Assembly: GCF_009914755.1 (NCBI RefSeq)
Contig: NC_060930.1
Origin: the human T2T-CHM13v2.0 reference genome, Homo sapiens
Strand: one strand, 5' to 3'
DNA: 64,000 nt
Shown: piece by piece, positions 15,895 to 34,097 of the stretch
How positions within the stretch are numbered: the stretch's first letter is position 1
Layout: each line of letters begins with the position of its first letter
Position numbers and translations under genes: made by a program
The notes under the pieces: generated by a model
The model's database searches: none
What the model was told of the DNA's origin: nothing
What the model saw: the letters and a program-made list of their open reading frames with translations, nothing else

Positions 15895-16182
15895 TTTATC
15901 TTTATTTATATATTTTTCAGAGGGAGTCTCACTTTGTTGCCCAGGCTGGAGGCAGCAGTGTGATCATAGCTCAGTGCCACCTTGAATTCCTGGGCTAAAA
16001 CAATCCTCCTGCTTCAGCCTCCCAAGTACCTAGGACTACAAGTCTGCACCACTGCAGACTTTTTTTTTTTTTGTAGAGATGGGGGTCTCACCAACTTGAC
16101 TAGGCTAGTCTCGATCTCCTGGGCTCCTGCTTTGGCCTCCCAGAGTGCTGGGGGTTACAGGCGTGAGCCACTGCACCTGGCC
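15895..16182 (-). mobile_element. AluJ inside Tigger1
   Basis: TSD aa(c/t)aaagtattttt. Confidence 0.9.
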
Positions 16183-16406
16183 AATAAAGTATTTTTAAAT
16201 AAGGTATGTACATTGTTTCTTTTAGACATAATACTATGGTGTAGTAAATAGACTACGATATAGTGTAAACATAATTTTTATATGTACTAGGAAACCAAAA
16301 AAATTGTGTGACTCATTTTATTGTGGTACTTGCTTTATTATGGGGGTCTGTAACCAAACCACAGTATCTCCAAGGTATGCCTCTATAATTCAAATTACTA
16401 AAATTC

Positions 16407-16710
<304 letters not shown>

Positions 16711-17295
16711 TCAAAGTACATCCTCTTTTCAGGAGCTCATCCTTGTCAGGAAGGTAGAAATACCTTTGTGGACTGCATTCTCTAAAGTTTGCAAAATAAA
16801 CAGCCATCTTCTATTATTAAAATGGTAGCTCTGTATCATTTCTTTCTCCCCTCCAAAATGTGTGACAGGTCTAATTTCTCTCTAGATACCATAATTTCCT
16901 TCCATTTTATTACTAAATCCTGGAGAAAAGCCCATTTTGAAGAAAACAGAGCTTACAGCTTTAAAAACTGATTGTTATTTTGATATACCAAAACCCAGTT
17001 TTGCCTTTATGCTCAGTGCATTTCTGTCATTGTACGTCCTAAACTAACTAATTTATATTCTTCCCTTGGTACTTAAAGAATCAAAAACCCTAACACTGTA
17101 CTTGTAATTGACTGGTTGTGTTAAAAGTGACCATGTTTTTGTGCATCTAAAAATAGAACATAAAATATTGTATCTGATTTTGCTCCAGGACTTCTGTGGT
17201 TTCTTATTATAACCCCCTCTGCTACCCTTTGAAATTCCTTTAATGTCAGGGACATTTACTTTAAGAGTAAGATAATACATCTTAAGAGACTTTTA

Positions 17296-17571
17296 GGCTG
17301 GGCATAGTGGCTCACACCTCTAATCCCAGCACTTTGGGAAGCCAAGGCAGGAGGAATACATGAGGCCAGGAGTTCAAAACCAGCCTGGGAAACAGCAAGA
17401 CCCCATCTCAGCACCACTAACAAAATTAGCCAGGTGTGGTATTCCCAGCTACTTGGGAAGCTGAGGCAGGAGGATTACCTGAGCCCAGGAGTTGAGTCTG
17501 CAGTGAGCTATGATTGCATCACTGCACTCCAACCTGGTCCACAGAGTGAGGCCCTGTCTGAAAACAAAACA
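17296..17571 (+). mobile_element. AluJ
   Basis: TSD agactttta. Confidence 0.9.
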
Positions 17572-18528
17572 GAAGACTTTTAGTATATGCTATGAATTTA
17601 CTAGCTAAGTAAATCGGATGGAGTTAATATCCCAGTTACGTAAAGTTGTTCTTCTTACAGTGTTAATGAAAGATGGGTACAAGAGAAAACATTTTCCCCA
17701 AATTTAAGCAAGTAGAAGCTATGTAACTCCTGATGGATTTTGTATGAAAAAACAACATCAGAAGCTATTCGATATTTAAGTGAGGGGGGAAATGTTATAA
17801 TACTAAATCTAGAAGGGAAACCAAAGTATTGATTGTAACCTACTCAGATGTCATAAATCTACAGCAGAGCTGCCTGAGCCCCACAGAGTAAATGACATTC
17901 ATTAAGGCTGAATGTATTGTTGCACTAGGATCAGGGAGGCAAACTGTTTTACTATTGTCTGCAAAGCCTGAACCCTCCACTTGAGAAATAATTTAAATAA
18001 ATAAATTTTTTTGAAGCCAGTGACTCTCTTTTGGCCTGACAATTTTTTTTTTCTTTCTGATTAGCAGTAAGTAATGTGCTAAATCCCCAGACCCCGCACC
18101 CAAACCTGGCTGAATTACCTCACTTGGAAATGGACAATAAAGATGCCCTTTACGAGAAGTCTGTTTCATGAAAGACTGGCAGGTTTTAAAGAGAGGAGTG
18201 TAAACCTGGCGGCCAGGAAGGCCTGGGTTCTGATTTCATGTCAGACAGCAGCCTTTGTGCCCTCTGCCAAGTAACTTTCTGTGGCTTTTCTTTTCTTTTT
18301 TCTTAGAAAGGTGACCGCTGGACTGATGGTTCAGACTGGTCCTCATGAACTAGTCTGCGGCTCCCATGGATTTGAGCCAGTAACATTATTTTAGCCTCAC
18401 AAATTTTCATAAGGCAAACACCCTCATAAAACCATCACTCTGGTCAGAAATAGAACTTTGCCAGTCACCCCAGAAGCTCCTCCTTGTTTTCCATCCCAAT
18501 TGTCATTCCCTTCTTCCAAAAGTAACTA

Positions 18529-20107
<1,579 letters not shown>

Positions 20108-20227
20108 CATGATTCTTTTATAGCAATCATTTCCCTGTATTTTTTTTATAGTTCTACGAACCAAATGTACATTTTTAGATAACGTAGTTTGGTGTTGTCC
20201 CTTTAGATGTTTTTGTTGTCTTCTGAG

Positions 20228-20522
20228 GTTTGTTTGTTTGAGAGGGAGTCTTACTCTGTCACCCAGGCTGATGAGCAGTGGTGCGATCTCAGCTCGCTGG
20301 AACCTCTGCTTCCTGGGTTCAAGCGATTCTCTTGCCTCAGCCTCCCGAGTAGCTGGAATTACAGGTGTGTGCCATGATGCTCATCTAATTTTTTTTGTAT
20401 TTTTACTAGAGACAGGGTTTTGTCATGTTGGCCAGGCTGGTCTCGAACTCTCGATCTCAAGTGATCTGCCCACCTTGGTCTCCCAAAGTGCTGGGATTAC
20501 AGGTGTGAGCCACCACACCCAG
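20228..20522 (-). mobile_element. AluS
   Basis: full dimer. Confidence 0.93.
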
Positions 20523-20860
20523 TGTGTGTGTGTTTTTTTTTTTTTTTAATCTATGTGTTTTCCGTCTGTATTAGGCCATTCTTGCATTGCTATACAGAAA
20601 TAGATGAGACTGGGTATTTTATAAAGAAAAGAGGTTTAATTGGCTCACAGTTCAGCAGGCTGTACAGGAAGCATGGTGCTGGCATCTGCTTGGCTTCCAG
20701 GGAGGCCTCAAGGAGCTTTTACTCATGGTGGAAGGTGAAGGGGGAGCAGGCACTTCACATGGTGAGAATGGGAGCCAGAGTGGAGGAGGTGCCATATACT
20801 TTTAAAGAACCAGATCTTGTGAGAACTCACTCACTATTATGAGGACAACACTAAGCCATT

Positions 20861-21560
<700 letters not shown>

Positions 21561-21687
21561 CCATTGATGAGGGATCTGCCCCACCCCTATGACCCAGTCA
21601 CCTCCCAGCAGGCCCCACTTTTAACATTGTGGATTACATTTCAGCATGAGATTTGGGAGGTGACAAATATCGAACTCTGTCACTCTC

Positions 21688-22037
21688 TATCTTAGTTTGC
21701 CAGGGCTGCCATAACAAAGTACTATAGACTGGGTGACATAAACAATAGCAGTTTATTTTCTCACGGTTTTGGAGACTGGAAGTCCAAACCCAAGGTGCTG
21801 GTGGAATTGATTTCTCCCAAGGCCTCTTTGGCTTCAGATGGCCACCTTCTCTCTGTGTTCTCACTTGGTCTTGCCTCTGTGCGTGTGCATCCTTGGTGTC
21901 TCCAGTCAGACTGGGTTAGGGCCTACCCTAATGGCCTCATTTTAACTTAATTACCTCTTTCAGGGCTCTGTCTCCAAATAGTCACATTCTGAGGTATTGG
22001 GAGAGCTTTAATATATGAACTTGTTCTGCCCATAACA
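21688..22037 (-). mobile_element. MLT1A/B-type MaLR LTR
   Basis: tatcttagtttgccagggctgccataacaaagtac...gcccataaca; TSD ctctc/ctgtc. Confidence 0.82.
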
Positions 22038-22214
22038 CTGTCCATACCTTTCTTTTCTTTATTACTTGTCTATCAAAATAGCTAGGCTGTTTACCACTAG
22101 TCTCATAAAACATAAATTATGGCCACAGAAATTTTATATTAAAGTGTTAGGATCATCCATGAAGGACAGCATTGAAGATTAGCCTGGATTAAGTAGGGTA
22201 AAATTATGCTCCAG

Positions 22215-22736
22215 TTACTAAGGCTTTCTAACAAATTACCCTAAAACTTGGTAGCTTAAAACAGCAACAGTGATTTATTGTATCTCAATACAATAAATCA
22301 GTCAGTCAGGAATTAATTAGAAAGTGACCTGGCTGAGAGGTTCAGACCTTAGTCCATAAAGGCAATTGCAGTCACATGCCAGGTGGGGCTGCAGTCATCT
22401 GAAAGGTTGACTGGGGTGGGATGGTTCCCTTCTAAGATGGTGCATTCACATGGTTGGGATGTTGGTGGTGGCTGCTGGAGGCTGTATCTCCTTTCCACTG
22501 GCTGCTTGAATTTCCTCAAGGCATGGCAGCTGGCTTCCACCAGAGCAAGTGATTCAAGATGCTAAGACAAGCTGCAGTGCTTTTCATGTAGCCTCAGAAG
22601 TCATGTATTGCCACTTTCACCATGTTCTATTGGTCACACATACCCAGCCTTGATCCACTGTGGAGGAAGCCTTCACAAGGGTGTTAATTATAGGACCTCA
22701 GGATTATTGGAAACTGTCTTGGAGACAGACTACCAT
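22215..22736 (-). mobile_element. MLT1G/H-type MaLR LTR
   Basis: aacaaattaccctaaaactt...catggcagctggcttcc...ttctattggtcacaca...actaccata. Confidence 0.7.
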
Positions 22737-23209
22737 AAATTGGAGTGGTAAAAAGTGTCTTATTTTTGGGAAACCTGTTTGCAAGTCTCCATCTTCAAAT
22801 GCTCACTTACCTTACGTGCATGTCATCAAAATTAAACATTACTAAATGCTATCTTTCTACTTCTCACTTAATGAGGTAATATTTTTAAGAGTTTTCAGGA
22901 TAAATTTTTATGCTTAATCTCTCTATCTGACTAACAAAAACCATTATACTAATCCAAATACATATATTTATCTATTAATAGATTTATCTTCAACTTTATC
23001 ATTTATTTAAGATACTGGTCTTAAACCAAATGGCGGATCATGAACTCTAAAATATGGCAGTAGATTTTGGCTTATGTTACTGGGAAATATTGTGACTCTC
23101 AGGCTAAAGTAATAACTTTGCAGCTTGCTGAGTGAACCCTAATAAGTTGATTGAGTTATATTTTTTCTCAGTTTTTTGGTCTGCTGTAAATGAAAAGAGA
23201 ATTTCTCAT

Positions 23210-23576
23210 TGTTATAGACTGAATGTTTGTGTCTCCCCCGCGAATTCATATATTGAAACCCTAACCCTCAATGTGATGGTACTAGGAGGTGGGGCCTTTG
23301 GGATGTAATAAAGTTGTGAGTTTGGAGCCTTCACGAATGGGATTACGTCCTTATAAAAGAGACCTCAGAGAGCTTTCTAGGCCTCTTGCCACCATGTGAG
23401 GATACAATGAGCAGATGGTGTTCTATGAACCAGGAAATGGGCCCTCACCAGATTCCAAATCTTCTGGTTTCTTCATTTTAGACTTTCTAGCCTCCAGAAC
23501 TGTGAGAGATAAATGTTTGTTGTTTAAGCCACTGAGTCTATGGTATTCTGTTATAGCAGCCAGAACTACTAAGACA
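23210..23576 (+). mobile_element. MLT1A0-like MaLR LTR
   Basis: tgttatagactgaatgtttgtgtc...ctccagaactgtgag...actaagaca. Confidence 0.85.
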
Positions 23577-23667
23577 CGAATCATTTTTAATGGTGAAAAT
23601 AATAAGTGGAAATTATGAGGAAAATTGGTAATGATTTTTGGCTATAACTGTGGAAAAGTAGAATATA

Positions 23668-24218
23668 TGTGTGCATTAGGTTTCTTTAGAGGGACAGAAC
23701 TAACAGGATATATGTAGGTATGAAAGGGAGTTTATTAAGGATAATTGATTCACAAGGTTAAAGTCCCACAGTAGCCTGTCTGCAAGTTGAGGAGCAAGGA
23801 AGCCAGTGGTGGATCAGTCCAAATCCCAAAACCTCAAAAGTAGGGAAGTTGACAGTGCAGCCTTCAGTCTGTGGCCAAATGCCCAAGAGCCCCTGGCAAA
23901 TCACTGGTGTAAGTCCAAGAGTCCAAAAGCTGAAGAACCTGGAGTCTGATGTTTGAGGGCAGGAAGCATCCAGCACGGGAGAAAGATGAAGGCTGGAAGA
24001 CTCAGCAAGTCTGCCCTTCCATCTTCTCCTGCCAGCTTTATTCTAGCTGAGCTGGCAGCTAATTAGATGGTGCCCACCCAGATTGAGGGTGGATCTGCCT
24101 CTTCCAGTCACTGACTCACATGTTAATCTCCTCTGGCAACACACTCACAGACACACCCAGGAACAATACTTTGCATCCTTCGATCCAATAAGGTTGACAC
24201 TCAATATTAACCATCACA
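23668..24218 (-). mobile_element. MLT2A-type ERVL LTR
   Basis: agagggacagaactaacagg...ttgacactcaatattaaccatcaca. Confidence 0.85.
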
Positions 24219-24461
24219 GTGTGAAATTCCACTGAGGAGCTGTGTCGTGGTCTTGGCTAGTTCTTGGCCTATGCTGTCTTGGGGTTCAGCACCATGGGCA
24301 GCTACTCCTGCCATGCCCTGCCACCCCCACATTTGACATGCAAAAGGGGTGACAGACAACCTTGGGCAGTGTGGAGGGGTGTGCACACCTGTGGTATAGG
24401 CGCTTCGTGTCCTGTTGGTTCAGAGTTCACCTTTTTTTTGTCTTCTTAAAATGAATATGTC

Positions 24462-24758
<297 letters not shown>

Positions 24759-24949
24759 GAACATATCTTTAAATTCATCCCCTCAGTGTCCATAAAACCA
24801 GCATAACTTAGAGGAGCCTCAGGTTAATTTAAAGCTTCTGTGCCAGAGGACTGAACTCTTGAATGTCCATTCTTGGTTCAGTCCTCTAGCCTCTATTTCC
24901 AATGCCATCTAAGGATTTCACCAGCCTTGTAAGGGTTAGGGTTGTTTTA

Positions 24950-25181
24950 AGCTCACTGCAGCCTTAACTCCTGGGCTCAAGTGATCCTCCTGCTTCAGAT
25001 TCCTGAGTAGCTAGAACTATACAGGTGTGTGCCACCATGCTCAGCTAATTTTAAAAAATATTTTTAGAGATAGAGTCTTGCTGTGTTGCACAAGTTGGTC
25101 TTGGACTCCTGACCTGAAGCAATCCTCCTGCCTCAGCCTCCTGAGGAGCTGGAAATACAGGTACAAGCTGCTGTGCCCAGC
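24950..25181 (-). mobile_element. AluJ lacking 3' end and tail
   Basis: begins at gctcactgcagcc; flanked by ttagggt(t/g)gtttt. Confidence 0.85.
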
Positions 25182-25802
25182 TTAGGGTGGTTTTTATTTA
25201 AACATTATGACAGTTATAAGGAGACGTATCAGGCTCTATCTTCTTTCCATAAACATTTACTCTGCTTAATTATTATGGACAAAGAAAGCTGACAGTAGTA
25301 TTTCTAATGTTTCTAGAACCATGCTGCTACTGTATAAAATTGATTAAATATTATCCTTGGAATATATCCTGGAGAGCATACATTCTAAGAAATAAAGTAT
25401 TACTTTTTATTCAAATCATTCACTTTCCCTTTGTGGCAGTCTTTTAGAAATTGCCCTATTGGGGCTCTTCCTCATGTTTCCAAACTGAGTATCCAGACAG
25501 CCTTTTCCTATAGCACACTAGATATGAGAAAAATGAGACCTGAAAGATCATGATCACAGAGACAGGAAACTTACCTGGCATTGATGAATTTGGATAATAA
25601 TGTAGTTATTATAATATCAATTAACAAATTTTTTCTTTTTTTACTTAAAGTTTTAAAATATAATTTTCCAATTCTCCTAGATCCTGACTTTTTTTCTTTT
25701 TAAGAGAGAGAATATAGACAATATTTATATGCCAAAGCAACTTAGATAAGTAACTATTAAAATTTCAAAATTTTGAAAGTAAGTTTCAAAAATACCTTAT
25801 AG

Positions 25803-26109
<307 letters not shown>

Positions 26110-26289
26110 AATTTTCTTTTTTTTAATGAGGTTATTTTTCTCTCAAGTTTTTTTTATTAAATTTGCTACTTAGGATCATTTCAGAATGAGAGAGTGGAGA
26201 GGGAGAGAAAGAAATGAAATAATTATCTCAGAGTCACCATATCTACACTTACTGGAATGTACTAATACTACATCGGTGTTTTGGAATTC

Positions 26290-26604
<315 letters not shown>

Positions 26605-27280
26605 TTGGTGTTTTGGAATTCAAAGGAGAGTTTTGTTAATAGTTCCTTGAGATTTACATATACCTTGGAAGAAACTGAACTTTTTGAAATTGGGATAAGC
26701 AGTTTCAGGTATCATATATGCCTTTCACATAAAGGCACATATGATATAAGAGTACATTAGTTGATGGGAGAGAATAGAATTAGTGAGAGATGAGATTTCT
26801 TATGTGCTGCAGTATTATGCGCTGTTTGTAGGAAGTTATGTAGTTACCCAAGTGATACAACAGTGAGAAGTAAGAGATTCATGGCTTTATGTTAAGCCAA
26901 CATATGTCCGTTGCAGAGCTGATGCTAATAATTTAGAATTCAGTTTTTTTTAGCAGTTCACATTCACTCATAACAACTCAGTATCATTTGCTAAATAAAG
27001 AGGCTTTGGTATCATTCATAAAAGAAAATTAGGAATATTATTAAAATATGGTAGTATAAGCTCTCTAGTGTATTAGATAAGCTCTCTAATGTATTGTAGT
27101 TTGTTTGAACTTCATACGGCTGCAGAAATGAATCAACATTCAACCCAGACTTTCGTGAATAGAGTATGAGAAATGATGTTATTGAATCTTTACATCCCTG
27201 GAAGCTTGTCTAATAAATTGAGTAGTTGTCACACTGAGTTTTGTACAATTCATATCATAAAAATATAACTATTATATTTA

Positions 27281-27691
<411 letters not shown>

Positions 27692-28260
27692 TTACAGTGT
27701 TTATCTTCTTTTGGGGTTAAACTGTTTTTACAGAGTCAAGGTTATTGAAATTTATTTGTAGCAGAGATGGGTGAATAATAAACAGTTTTTTCCAGACATG
27801 TAATACAAGCTGTCTGATGGCTTCTATCTGCGTGCCTTAGAAACAAAGACATCTCTGAGCTGCAGGAGAGGGGACTGGAGTGAAGCACCTCCAACTAGTA
27901 AATACTGAAGAATACAGTCCTAACACATATAGGACATATATAGGAATCACAGTGACTGATTACACTAACTAGATTGCTTCTGAAATACCAGTACCATTTT
28001 AAGTCCTGATCTGAGTGGGTTTCATATGCCTCTGTTCTGTCTTTCATATTTAATATATTGCATTTTGTTTTAGAGACAGAACAAAGTCTATTGCGTAAGA
28101 CAATAAAAAGATTATCTTTGGGCAATTCCCATAACAGACTTTCTGTTTTAACAAATCTCTTAAGTTACTGGAGCTGTCTTATTTATTTTTAGAGATGTTT
28201 TTACATTGTAGAAAAGTACACGAGTACCCCTATGTATTGACCACCAAGATGAGTTTTTAG

Positions 28261-28561
28261 TTTTTTTTTTTTTTTTTTCTAAGAGACAAGGTATTAGTCT
28301 GTTACCCAGCCTGAAATGCAGTGGTGCTATCAGAGCTCGCTCAAACTCCTGGGCTCAAGTGATCCTCCTGCCTCAGCTTCCCAAGTAGGACTATAGTCAT
28401 GTGCCACCATGCCCAGCTAATTTTTTAAAAAATTCTTTTTTGTGAAAACAAAAAATCCTACTATGTTGCCCTGACTTGTTTCAAAGTCCTGGCCTCAAGT
28501 GATCCTCCCACCTTGGCCTCCCAGAGTGTTGGGATTACAGCCATGAGCCATCATACCTGGC
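28261..28561 (-). mobile_element. AluJ
   Basis: dimer with small deletion. Confidence 0.9.
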
Positions 28562-28950
28562 TATAATTTCTAATATATATGCTTTTTGAAGTAAAATATA
28601 TAAGAGCAGTTTTATCACTTATTTTTTCATTTAGTATTTTTTCTGAGCATTTTGTTATTAATTTTTTTAAAACAATTTTTAATAACTGCAAAATATTTTA
28701 TCGTATGGATATACCATAATTTTACTGGTTTCCTATTATTAGACATTAAGGAAGCCTCTGGAATGTCATTTAAAAAACACAGAAAGTATTGTACATGAAT
28801 GTTTTGTACTCTATCCAATTAATTCCTAAAGATGAATTACCAAAAATTAAAGTACTGGGTGCAAGATATGAACATTTTTTAAGGTTCATACAATACTTTT
28901 CAAATAATTATATTTTAACACAGTATTTCATCAAGTTGGAGACCTTATAA

Positions 28951-29315
<365 letters not shown>

Positions 29316-30514
29316 TGAAGGAGCTCATCCTCACTAGTCTCCTTCCTTGTTAGATTCACTCTTGCAAAACAAAAATATGATAATGTATATCTGCGTACTG
29401 GACATATGAATCAATCTCTAATTTATCAGGTGTAAGGCCACAGCCCTTCAGTAATAGAGTCTTGCCTTTAATAAGATCTGGAATAACAAAACAAAATAAT
29501 TCTTTATGAACTCTAGCTGGGGAGTACCGTTATTAGTCCTTGAAGTTAAAAAACTGTCCTTGTTTTGTAATAAGTTAATTGTAACACTAGTGGTGATATT
29601 TTATCTAGTAGTCTAAATTCCTGCCTCCACTGGCAGGAACTTCACTTCTTTTTAACTTGATCAAATGTCCAATTTTAGAATAACAGAGAAAAAAGAGAAA
29701 AGGAAAAAAAAAGAATTAACAGATGGTTAGAGCTTGTTTTATACTGATTCTTAATATTTTTCCCTCTAGGATACAGAAAACGTTTCTTTAGTCCCTTCCA
29801 ACTTAATCATCCTTGCCTCCATACAGAAATCCCAAGGTGCCCTAGGTGGTTCACAGTGTTAACTGCAAGCGCTTATATCTGTCAGGCCTTTGTTTGGAGG
29901 CTAGAGCAGGAACATCACATGATACACAGGAAAAGATTCTGTGTTCTTGCCTATTCACATGTGACCCACCAGAGTTTGTCAAGAGTCTTCTGTATTTTAA
30001 TAATGCATTTCCAAGAACTTACTTTGCTTTCATCTAAACTACCTTGTAACTTCCTTAGGGGAAAATTGTATGCATTTCTATTTGGAAGTAAAATGGAAAA
30101 GACATTATTTTATCCTAGAATGTGAGTTACATTTTTACGTCTGCATAGAATTCTGAGGGGTTATTGATGGGACCTACCTTGGCCTTTGAAGCAGGAAAAG
30201 AATTCTCAGGGAATTGGGTGGGCCAGGACAGAGGCAGGGGAGTGCTGCCACATGCGGCATAAGATTTCAATAATGCTATTTGTTTGTGTCTGTGTTGAAG
30301 GGAGGAAGAATGGTGGTAGAGAAGGGAATAGGTGACTTTTCAGATAATCTGAGTACAAACAAAGACACAACCTGAAAGGAGGGAACTATCAGCTTCCCAG
30401 TTTGCCCTGAAATTCCCCCTCCCTATTTGCTCCGAAAATTCTGGCCCACTTAGATCCTCTTTCTTTAAGAATTTGTAGTGCATGTAATTATAGATTTTCT
30501 GACACATTGCTTTA

Positions 30515-30815
<301 letters not shown>

Positions 30816-30854
30816 TAATTATTTTTTTTTTAATGTGAATATTTGCAAAGGGAT

Positions 30855-31345
<491 letters not shown>

Positions 31346-31349
31346 CCAG

Positions 31350-32080
31350 CAAAATTAATACATATTCATTGTAGAAAAGCAGATAATATAGGAAATGAGC
31401 AGAAAAGAAGATAATCCTCTCCAGTCTTTCTACCCATAGGTAACCACTATTTCTTGTATATTTTTTTGTATACACAGTGGACATCATACTCTTCATGCTG
31501 TTTTATAACTTTGTCCCCTAATAATATATCATGAGGGTTTTCCCATTCTACTCAATTTTCAAAATCATTATATTTAAAACATAGAGCTACACTGAGTAGA
31601 TATAGTTATGTATTTATTAAGCTGTTTCCATAGTGTTGAACCTTTAGGTGGTTCTAGTTTTTTATTTTTATATGTAATGCTTGAACAAACATTTTTTGTA
31701 CATTAATTTCACACTTGAGGTTACTTTCCTTGAAGAGAAATGGAATTACTGAGTCAAAAGATATTTACTTATAGTTTTCAGACTTTTGACACATATTGCC
31801 AAATTTCCTCCTAGAAATTTTGCCAGCAATACATGAGAATTTGTTGTCTTGCCTTTTTGTCAGTATTGATTATTCTTGGTTTTTAAACTTTCAACTTGAT
31901 AGATAAAAACATTTTATCTTATCATTTTATTCTTCTTTGATTATAAAGAAGGCTGAATATTTTGTACGTTTTTAGCCTTTGTATTTTTATTCTGTATGTA
32001 TGTGAAATGCCTGTGAATTTTTTGTGCACATTTTTCTTTCAAAATCTTCACCTTCCTGTAAATTGTGAATTTGTAAGAGG
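31350..32080 (-). mobile_element. Old L1ME fragment
   Basis: aatggaattactgagtcaaaag...acatattgccaaattt... Confidence 0.7.
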
Positions 32081-32104
32081 TTTTTTTTGTTGTTTGTGTG
32101 TTTG

Positions 32105-32400
<296 letters not shown>

Positions 32401-32456
32401 TAGAGATTTTTATATAGAAAAGCTGTCAGTTGACTTCACAAGATTTTTTTCAAGCA

Positions 32457-32588
32457 AGCTGGGTGCAGTGGCATGTGCCGTAGTCTAGCTGTTCAGGAAG
32501 CTGAGGCAGGAGTAGTACTTGGGCTCAGGAGTTCAAGTCTAGCCTGGGCAACATAGCGAGACCCTGTCTCCTAATTAAAAAAAAAAAA
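32457..32588 (+). mobile_element. FLAM-type Alu monomer
   Basis: single ~115-bp monomer with A tail. Confidence 0.8.
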
Positions 32589-33893
32589 GACTTAGTTTCA
32601 ACAACTTTGTTAAATTAAGGTTGGTCAATTAAGCTTCATTCATGAGGTCTCTTAGAGAAAAACAACAAATCAGTGGATATTTATATTATAGTATATGGGG
32701 TATATTATTTATAGATATGCTGGGACATTTTTTTCTCTGAGTACACCAAGTACTTGTTGGTAAGTTGATTTAACTTTTGGAGTTTGCTTTGTTGGTGGAA
32801 TACACTTCTTCATTCATCCTGATTGGGTGTTATGAATCCCATTTTGTGTGATGCTTATGATTATCTTGGTTGATTCCTTAACTATTTACTAGACACTATC
32901 TTAGTATTTTAACTCTTAACAGTCAGCCACAGGGTTTATGCACTGTACTTTTCAGTAGCTCCCCATGTAGATCAAAAGTCAAGATGGAAGGCCCACAGAT
33001 TTTGTGGTTTTAGAGCAGTGTTCATAATGCTTAGTATCACAGTGCTTTCTATGACTGGAAAGGTGGGATTCTTAGAAAGACTGCAGCAGTTCCAAAAGAT
33101 TTATGTTTCACTGGTTCTCTTTGGAGAGTTATCCCAAGAGCTCCCCCTCTGTGGGCAGATAGATGATTGTTGCTCAGCCTTCTACACATACAACTCCTGC
33201 AGCTTCTTATGTTGCGGGAGGCATTCATCTGTGCAGCATTGTAGGGTCTGAACATGAAGCATATATTTCGTGAAACCTGGAGCTGAAGTGAATTCTCTTA
33301 GAGTATATTTTGAAACTGTACTAGGACTTTAAACACTTTTGGAATTTAAAACAGCCATAAAAATTCTTGTTATACTGAAGGAGTTCCTGAGGCAGTGTGC
33401 CTCTCATTTTACCACCTAAAGTTGCCCATAGAGGTCCAAGGAGACACTGCTGATAGCAGAAAGTCTTCCAGAAAGAAATTAGGCGACCCACACCAAGCAT
33501 GTATGGCTTTGAGTCTTACAGATGGCTTTTTAATAGTTTAGTCTCTTAACCTAAGGAAGTTTCTGAAGTTCCGGTCAGAGAGTCTAAAAATTCACATTTT
33601 ACCTAATAAATGATAATGAGGCTATTTATCTTGTCTGTCTGGATTTTTTCACTTGACATTTAATGAAATATCCCATATTACCTATAATTTTTATTTGAAG
33701 GTAAAAATAGACTACAGAAGAATGTGTAAAATTTGTATCAATCAGCAGAGCACAAATCAAGTTTCTACCAGTATTGCTTATAAATATTTCGATCTTATTT
33801 AGGCATGGTTAAGCTGTTTTTGATGGTTGAACTTGAAGGTTTGTTGAGAATTACATTTTTTGTCTTAATTTTTCTATTTTTAAGTGTCTGAAG

Positions 33894-34097
33894 CGTGGGT
33901 GTTCAACCTTTTGGCTTCCCTGGGCCACATGGGAAGAAGAATTGTCTTGGGCCACACATAAAATATGCTAACACTAATGATAGTTGATGAGCTAAAAAAA
34001 AAAAAAAAAAAAAAAAAAGTCCGTGCATAATTTTCATGGTATCTGTCACCACAGATAAGCAAAAAACTCCCCTCATTCAAAGGGTTGGACACCTGCG
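33894..34097. mobile_element. MER30 (MER30B-like) hAT MITE
   Basis: ttttggcttccctgggccaca..gaagaagaattgtcttgggccacacataaaata; TIR end aaagggttggacacc. Confidence 0.85.

Noticed and set aside
27056-27097. 21-bp imperfect tandem repeat (also a 19-bp one at ~6819-6853)
   Set aside because: Two-copy slippage duplications without spacers; not CRISPR-like and common.
29770-30121. Possible exon between ttttccctctag| and AT|gtgagt
   Set aside because: Only splice-like motifs; no convincing frame or other support.
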